Positions 54,111 to 64,000 of a stretch of 64,000 nt of DNA are shown here, one piece after another. The DNA comes from Octopus sinensis (lineage: Eukaryota). The position numbers were made by a program, and so were the translations under genes. Numbering within the stretch: the stretch's first letter is position 1; every line of letters begins with the position of its first letter. The notes beneath the pieces were generated by a model. The model made no database searches. It was not told the DNA's origin and saw only the letters and a program-made list of their open reading frames with translations. The stretch spans positions 27,094,001 to 27,158,000 of the forward strand of contig NC_043003.1 of assembly GCF_006345805.1 (NCBI RefSeq), in the 5' to 3' direction.

Positions 54111-54870
54111 AATTTGCGACGTGTAACTACGATATAAGAGACATATAAGTCGACGAGCTGGCAGAATTGTTAGCACGCCGGAATAAATGCTTAGCGGTCT
54201 TTACGTTCTGAGTTCAAATTCTGTCGTGGTTGTCTTTGTCTTTTATACTTTCGGGATCGATAAAATACGCACCAATTGAACACTGGGGTCGATGTTATCC
54301 ACTTCACCCCTTGCCCCGAAATTGCAGGCCTTGTGCTAAAAATCTGAAATCAATATTATATTGGTATTTGCTGAACAATTGTGCATACATGTGTGTGTGT
54401 GTGTGTGTGGTGTGTGTGTGTACTGGCATTGGGATTTTAAATTGCATCCAGCAATGGGGTTTTATTGTTTCCAAGTCTGTCTGCCCCTGCAAGGGTCCCA
54501 GCTATGGTTAATAAGCATACTAGGGCTTATATACCGACGCATGTGACAATTCGATCCGGCGAACTCCGCGGGTTGAACGCAATGTGAAGCGCAGAAGGTA
54601 AGATGAGGCAAGTAAGACATCTTTGTAATCTATTGCATCCATAACTATCCCCTGTAGTCTTCGGGTCGGTTTCTAACCTTGATCCAAGGCTAGAATTCAA
54701 ACAACGTCAACAGGATATTTTAGCATGTATGTATGTATGTATGTATGTATGTATGTATGTATGTATGTATGTATGTATGTATGTATGTATGTATGTATGT
54801 ATTTGTGTATGTACGTACTTATAACATGTAGACATCTACCGGGTAACTGATTTCCAGCACAATGTATGTA

Positions 54871-54902
<32 letters not shown>

Positions 54903-54904
54903 GA

Positions 54905-55973
54905 TAAGGGGTGTGAAAAGGAACACACGAGTTGATATATATGAAAAAAACAAGTCAAAATAGAAAATGCTAAAATAATTTTATAGTGAACATTTCAGTA
55001 CCGGTTTCGGTCATTTTGAGACCTTTTCAACTGTAACGATTAAATAATTAAATTTAGAAAAATTAGAAGAAAAGTTTTTTTAAAGGAATATTTCTATAGT
55101 AGTGTTCAGATATAAGTGGCATTCTGCCTTTCTCTGACTCCCTTGTTTGCACTTGTGTGTTCGAGGTCGTTGTGAGTTCTTGGTAGGGTAGAAGAAGAAG
55201 AAGGCTGATGAGGAGAGGGGGTGGGAAAATCTGGGAGTGCCCTGATGGTCGTGTTTTGAATGGTCAGTGGCGGCTAGCAGTCGCAGAAGGCTTGTTTATG
55301 GAATTTGCGTAGGTGTTATACTAAAAAACATTAGTGACAAAGTTAAGGGGTAGAAGGGAGGAAGTAGAAGAAGAAGAAGAAGAAGAAGAAGAAGCAGAAG
55401 AAGAAGAAGAAGAAAGAAAAAGAAGAAGAAAGAAAAAAAAGAAAAAGAAGAAAAAGTGAAAGAAAAGAAGAAGAAGAAGAAGAGAAGAAGAGAGAAGAAG
55501 AAGAAGAAGAAGAAGAAGATTGACGAGTGATGTGATGATGATGAAGAAGAAGAAGAAGAAGAAGAAGAAGAAGAAGAAGAAGAAGAAGAAGGAGGAGGAG
55601 AAGATGATGATGATGATGATGGTGGTGATGATGATGACGGACGTGATGATGATAATGATGATGATGAAGAGAAGAAGAAAAAAACAGAGAAGGGAGAATA
55701 TGAATGGGTTGAAAGTAGTGAGGTGTTGTATGAATGAAGTTGGCATGTATGGAGTATAGCTGTGATTGGGGCTGATTAGTAATGGATTCTTTGGAATGTA
55801 ATATTTGTGGGTATATATATTCTTTTATTCTAAAGTTGAGGTTATTAATTGTTTGTCGTAGACTCGTAAGAAGTGGCCTGTATTTTGTAATAAAGAGAGT
55901 TTCTTTACTTATTCGTTGTCTCGAGGTTGTGTATCGTCCCTAAATTGGTAGAGGGGGAAAATCCTGAATTCTT
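54905..55973 (-). mobile_element. PLE 3' end with pLTR
   Basis: KETLFITKYRPLL resembles a GIY-YIG terminus. It is followed by a simple-repeat tract, a hammerhead motif and a (TA)n end. Confidence 0.6.
54996..55033 (-). ncRNA. Minimal hammerhead with U3-A8 core variant
   Basis: CAG-UUGAAAA-GGUC-UCAAAAU-GACC-GAAAC-CG-GUA-CUG. Confidence 0.65.
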
Positions 55974-56073
55974 NNNNNNNNNNNNNNNNNNNNNNNNNNN
56001 NNNNNNNNNNNNNNNNNNNNNNNNNNNNNNNNNNNNNNNNNNNNNNNNNNNNNNNNNNNNNNNNNNNNNNNNN
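55974..56073. other. Assembly gap (100 N)
   Basis: Run of N. Confidence 1.
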
Positions 56074-56099
56074 CTCTTTTTCTCACTTTTTCTCTCTCG

Positions 56100-56180
<81 letters not shown>

Positions 56181-56262
56181 GGAAATATGATTCCAAACCT
56201 CAGGGAAAAATTCAATTTAGTAATACTAAATCAAATTTCACAATATATAATATATGTATATA

Positions 56263-56525
56263 AATTAGAGAAGAACCACCATGTAGCAATTCAACAATGA
56301 TATACTTAAATCATATTATATAGAAAAAAATTAAATATACGATAAAACATTTACCCAGAACTAAATAAAGTACAAAATAATAAATAAATAGTATATGATT
56401 AGTAATTATATACTATTTATTTATTATTTAGTTCTGGGTAAGTGTTTTATCGTATATTTAATTTTTTTCTATATAGTATGATTAAGTATATCATTGTTGA
56501 ATTGCTACATGGTGGTTCTTCTCTA

Positions 56526-56528
<3 letters not shown>
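56263..56528. repeat. Fold-back palindrome between (TA)-rich tracts
   Basis: AATTAGAGAAGAACCACCATGTAGC... pairs with ...GCTACATGGTGGTTCTTCTCTAATT. Confidence 0.9.
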
Positions 56529-56594
<66 letters not shown>

Positions 56595-56597
<3 letters not shown>

Positions 56598-57084
56598 CAC
56601 AATTCTAATATTAGGATAAATTTTTTCAAACACAAATGTTATCAGTGGCCGGCATATTAAAATACCTTTCAAGGTAAAAATATAACAATTATAAATAAAG
56701 GCAAGAAAAAAATTTTCTATGCCAATGTGCTGAAAAATAGATCGTATAACCGCATATAATATTTTTCACTATAAATACACAGCGTGCTAAAACGGCGAAA
56801 GCAAACCAGCAGAATATTTTTTTTTAATTCTTTATCCCGGAATCGGACCGATTACTGGATTAGTCCACAAGGATCTTCCTTCTTCAGCGTGTATCTGAAG
56901 AAGGAAGAATCCTTGTGGATTAATCCAGATATCGGTCCGATTCGGGAATAATGAATTTACAAAAATTTCTGCTGGCCTGCCTTCTCGTTTCAGCACACTC
57001 TGTATTTATAGTGAAAAATATTATATGCGGTTAGACGATCTAGGTCTATTTTTCAGCATATTGGCATAGAAATTTTTCTTTTCT

Positions 57085-57088
<4 letters not shown>
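56595..57088. mobile_element. Inverted PLE pLTR pair with back-to-back degenerate hammerheads
   Basis: 56704-56887 is inverted relative to 56895-57085. Centre TCTTCAG-CGTGTAT-CTGAAGA. Confidence 0.75.
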
Positions 57089-57128
<40 letters not shown>

Positions 57129-57140
57129 ATATATATATTA

Positions 57141-57530
57141 CTAGCAGTATTACCCGGTGTTGCTTTGGTTTGTTTCAACCCTTTAGAATTGGAATTTTTG
57201 AAAAGTTAAAATTTTGCATTATGCAACTTGTTATTCTCTTCAAGTGAACATTTTTCCAGTTGAAATACACCGAAAAATGGTGACACAGCAGTCAAAAATC
57301 GTAAAAAAATAGGGATTTTCATAGAAAAAAGCACCTTTTTGATGTAAATAATTTTTGGTGTTAACATGGTCCGATTTGAATTTTATCTTCCACAGAATGA
57401 AGAGCAAGCCTTCTTCTATCATACTCTCAATTTTAGTCAACTTGCGCTGCAGGATCTCGGAGGAGATAGTGTTAGTTGAAGGCTACCAAACCTGCCACAC
57501 ACAGACAACTTCAGCTTTATATATATTGAT
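57141..57530 (-). mobile_element. Non-autonomous Helitron (further related pieces to ~58280)
   Basis: CTAG plus hairpin terminus, homologous to 13575-13909. Confidence 0.7.
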
Positions 57531-58299
57531 TTGCTACACACTACTTTCCATCCTTAATAATGAAACTTGGTAGATCCAAAAGTTAAACACACAGACACAC
57601 ACACAGACAAACACACAGATACACACACAGACACTCAAGTTGAGTTTTATATATATAGATTTCTCAACGGGGATTTCAGGGGAGAGTTTCAAGGAGTCGC
57701 TGGCGATGTATCATGATGATCAAAAATCCGGCCTGCTAAAATTTGGTTAAAGTGATTCAAACTGCAGACTCAATGCAAAATGGTCACATTTAATTCAAAG
57801 CGTTAAAAATGTTATGAAAACAGTTGGTATGTGTTCACAAAGTCCAAACGATTAATACGAAAAAACCATCCAGGCTACATCCCGAAAATTCATTTCTTTG
57901 CCGAATTTCTACAATGTTTACGGCGATTCGTTTTTATATCTTGATTTTTATTTTACGCATGCTTGCACGCGTGGTGAATACAGTTCACGTCAAACAGCTG
58001 ACTGAGTAAAGTTCACTATTCAATGCATGGGATAAGCCCTAAACAAACACATTATCGATTTTTGCACTTGCGAGAGGAATTTCGGAACAGAAATAGCGCA
58101 GTTCAATTTTCATTCGCCTAAACTTTAAGTGACCCATTTTTGGTGGTTCTACGATTTGTTGGCTAGGAGGAGATGTGCCGGGAAGTTAAACACACAGACA
58201 CACACACAGATACACACACAGATACACACACAGATACACACACAGACACACAAGTTGAGTTTTATTTATATATATCTATATATATATATATATATATAT

Positions 58300-58703
58300 T
58301 CTTTTAGCTGTTTCAGTCATTTGACTGTGGCTAAGCTGGAGCACCGCTTTTAGTAGAATGAATCGACCCCAGGACTTATTCTTTGTAAGTCTAGTACTTA
58401 TCTTATTGGGCCCTTTTGCTGAACCGCTATGTTACGGTGACGTAAACACACCAACATCGGTTGTCAAATGATGGTGCGGGAGACAAACACAGATATACAC
58501 ACATATGTATGTATGTATATGTATATATATAATATATATATATACGACGGGCTACTTTCAGTTTCCATCTACCAAATCCACTCACCAGGCTTTGGTCGGC
58601 CCAAGGTTATAGTAGAAGACAATTGCCAAAGGTGCCACGCAGTAGGGCTGAACCCGAAACCATGTGGTTAGGAAGGAAGCTTCTAACCACAGAGCCATCC
58701 TGC
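58300..58703 (-). mobile_element. SINE family 1
   Basis: Homologous to 18915-19359. Confidence 0.82.
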
Positions 58704-58768
58704 AATATATGCCTCTAACTCTCTCTCCCCCCCCCCTCTCTCTCTCTCTCTCTCGCTTAAATATATAT

Positions 58769-58807
<39 letters not shown>

Positions 58808-59116
58808 AATCGTTTTTAAGGGTGAAATCGAAGTAGAAAAATGTATTCGTAATAGCGGAAAGATTGCTAAATTAAAGAACCGTTTGGATGGAAAAAGTAG
58901 ACGGTTTCCCGCGTGATTCGGGCCCACATTTTCTTTAAACATGGCAGTTGTTGTACCATTATGCCAATGCAATTCTTTAAAATTTCTCCCCCTATTTTTG
59001 ATGTTTTGCTCTTAACAGCAGGAATTGTAGGACCGGGCGTTGTTTAAATCGTAAGAATTCAGAAACTGTGTCGTCTACCGTTAAAAATAATTGTGTCGAT
59101 CTTCTCAGTTCTTATG

Positions 59117-59156
<40 letters not shown>

Positions 59157-59197
59157 CTATAATATATATATATATATATTATATATATATATATATA

Positions 59198-59748
59198 ATA
59201 CAACATTCTATAATTATAAGCATAATTATAATCAGGGGGTCAGCTAAATCCTTCGCTACTCACCCAAATAGAAATAAGAATTAAAATACTTTTTCCGCTA
59301 CCATAAATATCTCCCAGAGAGTAACACTTTTTACGAAGGCAAAAAGAAAAAAATATCGAATCCACACGACTCAGTTTAGCTACATACGCGTTTCGGGATT
59401 AAAGTAAAGTTATATTTATTTATTTCTCATCAGTTTTGCGATGACGCTTGATCGCATACATATTTAATTCTAACACTCTCAAATTTATAATTGAAATGCT
59501 GCACTGAAGATGGGAAATAAGTAAGTAAATGTAATTTTACTATAATCCCGAAACGCGTATGTAGCTCATCTGAGTCGTGTGGATTCGCTATTTTTTCTTT
59601 TGCCTACATAAAAGAAGTGTGTTACTGTCTGGGAGATATTTGTTGTAGCGGAAAAGGTATTTAACTCCTATTTCTAAATTCGGTGCGTAGCGAAGCAATT
59701 AGCTGCCCCCTGATTATAATTATGTTTATAATTATAGAATATTTGTAT
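59198..59748. mobile_element. Inverted PLE pLTR pair, each arm with a hammerhead
   Basis: Arms ~59198-59433 and ~59504-59748. Same family as 40500-40965. Confidence 0.8.
59498..59565 (+). ncRNA. Minimal hammerhead ribozyme
   Basis: GCUGCA-CUGAAGA-U-GGGA...UCCC-GAAAC-GC-GUA-UGUAGC, with a 6-bp stem I. Confidence 0.82.
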
Positions 59749-59829
59749 AATTTTACCTAAAAAGATTATTTTAACTACCGAACTACTTGGTAAAATTATT
59801 AATTATTAATTAATTAATTAATTTTACCC

Positions 59830-59866
<37 letters not shown>

Positions 59867-60040
59867 TATTATTATCATTATTATTATTATTATTATTATT
59901 ATATATTATTATTATTATTATTATTATCATATTATTTATATATATATATATATATATTATAATAATTATTATATATATTATATATATAATATATATATAT
60001 ATATTATCGGAAGTGTACAGTATTATATATTACGACATTA

Positions 60041-60134
60041 CGGCTAATCTTAACAATCGGTTTCACGCCAGGGATTCAACGGAGTGTTAAGTAACAATCT
60101 GGTTATGTAACCCTGCACTCATCAGAGTTAGCCG
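60041..60134 (-). ncRNA. Hammerhead motif
   Basis: CGGCUAACU-CUGAUGA-GUGCAGGG...CCCUGGCGU-GAAAC-CGAUU-GUU-AAGAUUAGCCG. Confidence 0.65.
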
Positions 60135-60389
60135 ATATGGAATGAAATATGGCCGTAATGGACATATAATAGTGTACACTTCGGGTGGTAAGCCCACTCT
60201 ATTGACAGATATACCAGTGCAGGGTTTAAAAAAAGCCAAAACTAAGCAATGGAGTCGATTCGCTCAACTAAAATTCTCACCGTCGTCGTTGTTACCATTA
60301 ACTTTAACATCGTCATCACCATCATCATCATCATCATCATTATCACTACAATCAACATTAACGTAATGTTTGTTCTTCTCTTCTTTCAG

Positions 60390-60461
60390 ACGAAGGAGTT
60401 GAAGTAGATACCATGAGTGATGTACATGACGCAGAAAACAGTAAATCACTAGCAGAACGAG
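60390..60461 (+). CDS. Candidate 72-nt internal coding exon
   Basis: Strong acceptor TGTTCTTCTCTTCTTTCAG| and donor GAG|GTACAG. Open in phase 1: [24 protein letters not shown]. Confidence 0.4.
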
Positions 60462-60553
60462 GTACAGTCTACACTATTACTTTAATTTCTATGTCTTTGT
60501 CTCTTTCTCTCCCCTCTATCTCTCTCTCTGTTTCTCTCGGTCTCTCTATCTGC

Positions 60554-60618
<65 letters not shown>

Positions 60619-60736
60619 CACATACACAAACAAACACACACACACACATACACACATATATATATACATACATATTCACTATATATGCACACAAATACGT
60701 ACATATACATATATATATACTATATATACATACAAT

Positions 60737-60804
<68 letters not shown>

Positions 60805-61164
60805 AATTATATATATTATATATATATATATAATATATATACATATATGTCACTGTATCACTATATCATTGTACCGACCAGACTATCAGGTGTTGTTCTA
60901 AACCGCTGATCACAATGCGCTACCTACCTCACATGGTTGGAGCTTTCGAATGATTCCATGCCGCTGGTTGGTCGGGCAGGTGAACATTCACCCTCAACAG
61001 GACGCCTGTCCATCGCAGAGGTTATCCATTTACAGCTGAGCGAACTTGAACAACGTGAAATGAAGTGTTTTGCATAACAACACAAGGCATCGACGATCAG
61101 ACAAACGAAGCCACCATCATCTGGCGATAGTTAATGCAACACTCTAATTGTTAGGCTGCGTATA

Positions 61165-61384
61165 TACTCTTACTCTTCACTCTTTTACTTGTTTCAGTCA
61201 TTTGACTGCGGCCATGCTGGAGCACCGCCTTTAGTCGAGCAAATCGACCCCGGGACTTATTCTTTGTAAGCCCAGTACTTATTCTATCGGTCTCTTTTAC
61301 CGAACCGCTAAGTGACGGGGACGTAAACACACCAGCATCGGTTGTCAAGCAATGCTAGGGGGACAAACACACACACACAAACAC

Positions 61385-61431
<47 letters not shown>

Positions 61432-61487
61432 CGACAGGCTTCTTTCGGTTTCCGTCTACCAAATCCACTCACAAGGCATTGGTCGGC
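61165..61487 (-). mobile_element. SINE family 1, 5'-truncated
   Basis: Homologous to 18915-19255. Confidence 0.82.
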
Positions 61488-61833
61488 ATATAGATACGTG
61501 AGTTGGTTAATGTCGGTCCAATGACAAATGATGTTCAATACATGTCGAGGAGATTCAACTTTTTTTCGCCCAAGATTTTTAAAACTCAAAGTAAGAGTCT
61601 GTTCAGCAAACACTATGCCCGCGCCTGAAGACAGCAATGATGTGAAACTCGAACCGGTAGGCCGAGATTACAATTGCCCTTCTACAAGTAATATAAATAC
61701 TTCAACTCTACCTATCCAGGTACTGAATACTTCTGGAACAGATATCATCACGGCACCACAACTTGACTTGGAATATACTACCTACTTACATTGGTATATA
61801 CATATATATACATACATATATATATATATATAG

Positions 61834-61900
<67 letters not shown>

Positions 61901-61977
61901 TATGTATATATATATATTATATATCTTATATATATATATATATATATCTTATAATATATATATATATATATATATAA

Positions 61978-62175
61978 AGGGAAAGTTTACGAAATTAAAC
62001 AAAAGACGAAGGCAGGTGGAGTACAAACAAACAAATGTATTAGTATAGCGCTCAGGAATAGAAAAAGTCTTTTACGTTTCGAACCTACGCTCTTCGACAG
62101 AAAGATACACAGAAAAAAAAATAAGGAGAGAAACAAGGAGAGAGAAAAATGCGTGTAGGAGCTAACGATCTATCA
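61978..62175 (-). mobile_element. PLE 3' pLTR fragment (A6U family)
   Basis: Near-identical to 6439-6640. Confidence 0.7.
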
Positions 62176-62754
62176 TGACGTGTATGTGTGTGTATATATA
62201 TATATACACATACATATATATGTGGTTATATAAGATTATATATATACATACATACATACATACACGCATATATAATCATATATGCATAGATTTGTGTGTG
62301 TGTGTGCGTGCTCGCCTGTGTATGTGTATATACAAGGGAGCGAGGAAAAGTCCCTGGCTTTGGGTAAAAGGAAATACTGGAGAATCAGTTATGATTTTAT
62401 TAAACATAATCCCCTCTCATATTCACACGCTTATTGCAGCGTCTCTCAGTTTTTCCAATCCCTGTAAAAGAACTCGAAAGGTTAGGTCTTCAAACATACC
62501 TTTCTCTAGACTTTTCAAGCCAGGACCTTTTCATCACCCCCATTGTATAATGTATGTTTTTATTCATAATTGTTATATATAAAATTCAGCGAATCATTAA
62601 ACAGAAGGATTGTCAGTGCTTTACAATAGACTGAAACAGGTTGGAAACTCCTTCGAAGTAGCCTTCATCAGATTGCCTATGAAGGTTACATAGCTGAAAC
62701 TTCGACGGAACTGTTATAAGTTTTGCTCGTGAATATAATTTAAGCATGTAACTC

Positions 62755-63024
62755 TCATTAAATTGAAATTAACGTGCAAGAGGCTGAGCACTCCGCAGAC
62801 ACGTGTACCCATTACGTAGTTCTCAGGGAGATTCAGCGTCACACAGAGTGTGATAAGGCTGGCCCTTTTGAAATACAGGTACTACACTGTTTTGCCAGCT
62901 GAGTGGACTGGATCAACGGAAAATTAAGTATCTTCCTCAAAGACACATCACGCGGCCGGGAATTGAACTTACGTCCTTGCGATCGTAAGCTGAATACCCT
63001 AACCACTAAGCCACGCGCCTTCAC
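62755..63024 (-). mobile_element. tRNA-headed SINE related to family 3 (different 3' part)
   Basis: Head GAAGGCGCGTGGCTTAGTGGTTAGGG..GTTCAATTCC and core CCAGTCCACTCAGCTGGCAAA. Confidence 0.75.
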
Positions 63025-63269
63025 TCTGTTAAATATAATGCTTATTTATATTGTTTTGAATGAATCATACATTATCTCATAGCTTTGAGATTTCAATGAT
63101 TTGATCGTTTATTCTGAGAATGGCATTGTACTGTAGGTGCGAGAGGCCAGATATCGCCAGTTTGCATATAAAGCAGGTAGAATTTTAGGGTCGGATATAG
63201 CCGGTTTAAATACTAAAGAGTTAATGTATCACTATTTCGTATAAAAATATGCACAAAATCAAACTTTAC

Positions 63270-63720
63270 AGGTCTCTTCTTAACCTGAAGGAGCGTCAGT
63301 GATATTCACTGCTTCTCCTGTCATATCTCTGCTTGGTTCCGGTTGAATTTTATGTTCATTGTTTTTCTCTCGGTTACTCTCTTCTAATGTCGGAGTTTCT
63401 CACTGACAACTTTTAGTTCTTGCATAAAGATGAACAGTTTGTGAGTGTCCTCTTTTTGCTGCCTCCAAACATTACTTCTTCACTTTTTGTTGGTGAGACG
63501 TATTGTGGTTTGTTTGTTTGCACGCAATGAGCATCATCATATGGCTGATGGTCTTTCATAAATCAGCCATCTTTTTTCTCTATCTTCAAAACCCATGATG
63601 ATACTTTCTTTGTTGTTTCGGTTTTGTTCACCTTTTGAATGTCGTTCATGTATTGCTTTGCAGTAGTAGACAGGGCATATAGACAGGCGTTAATCTGCCA
63701 GAATAAGAATTCCTTACACT
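63270..63720 (-). mobile_element. Probable R4/Dong-like pre-RT region fragment
   Basis: LFWQINACLYALSTT..SSWVLKIEKKM resembles the WxINxxlYaaa..PpW region of these elements. Confidence 0.45.
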
Positions 63721-64000
63721 ACTGTAAATACTCCTCTCTCCAATTTGTCAACAGCTTTTAATACTGTATCTGGACGGGGGGGTAAATTATTTTTTTACTT
63801 ACTCTAGTGGAGAAAACTTTCTCTTCGAGAAAGTACTTCCAAGCCAAAGTTACAATTTCTCAGAAAATTTCAGTAAGAGCAGATTTCACCAATATTATTA
63901 CTACGACAATAATCATTGCGATTATGCCTACTGTTTGCCATAATCGTAGTAGGGGGACAGTGGTCAGTTACTTTAGCCGGCTCGGCAATAAGAGATCGAT

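Noticed and set aside
61528-61833. 101-aa ORF with non-repetitive N-terminal part
   Set aside because: No recognisable motif or clear splice sites, and it ends in a microsatellite.
62655-62705. Hammerhead-like remnant (CUAUGAAGGUUAC..AGCUGAAAC with a short inverted copy)
   Set aside because: The core and cleavage triplet are too degenerate to call. Used only as weak supporting context.

Overview
This is AT-rich, microsatellite-dense eukaryotic DNA made almost entirely of transposable-element remnants. The SINE and repeat content suggests an octopus or other cephalopod genome, which is an inference. No intact protein-coding gene is visible. Elements recognised: a near full-length but frameshifted RTE LINE, two older RTEs and a further RTE 3' fragment, R4/Dong-like and CRE-like RLE retroelement fragments, mariner copies (one complete with TIRs and a TA TSD), piggyBac and hAT relics, non-autonomous Helitrons, a Gypsy remnant, three tRNA-headed SINE families, and many Penelope-like element (PLE) pieces. 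The main signal is about 18 minimal type-I hammerhead ribozyme motifs (CUGANGA-stem II-GAAAC-palindrome-GUH), roughly half well formed and the rest degenerate. They belong to several unrelated small PLE or retrozyme-like families embedded in (TA)n tracts. Many occur as fold-back palindromes whose junctions lie next to the ribozyme, and some carry variant cores (U3-A8, A6U). Two 72-nt phase-1 exon candidates may belong to a host gene on the + strand. All alignments and folds were done by eye, so boundaries are approximate.
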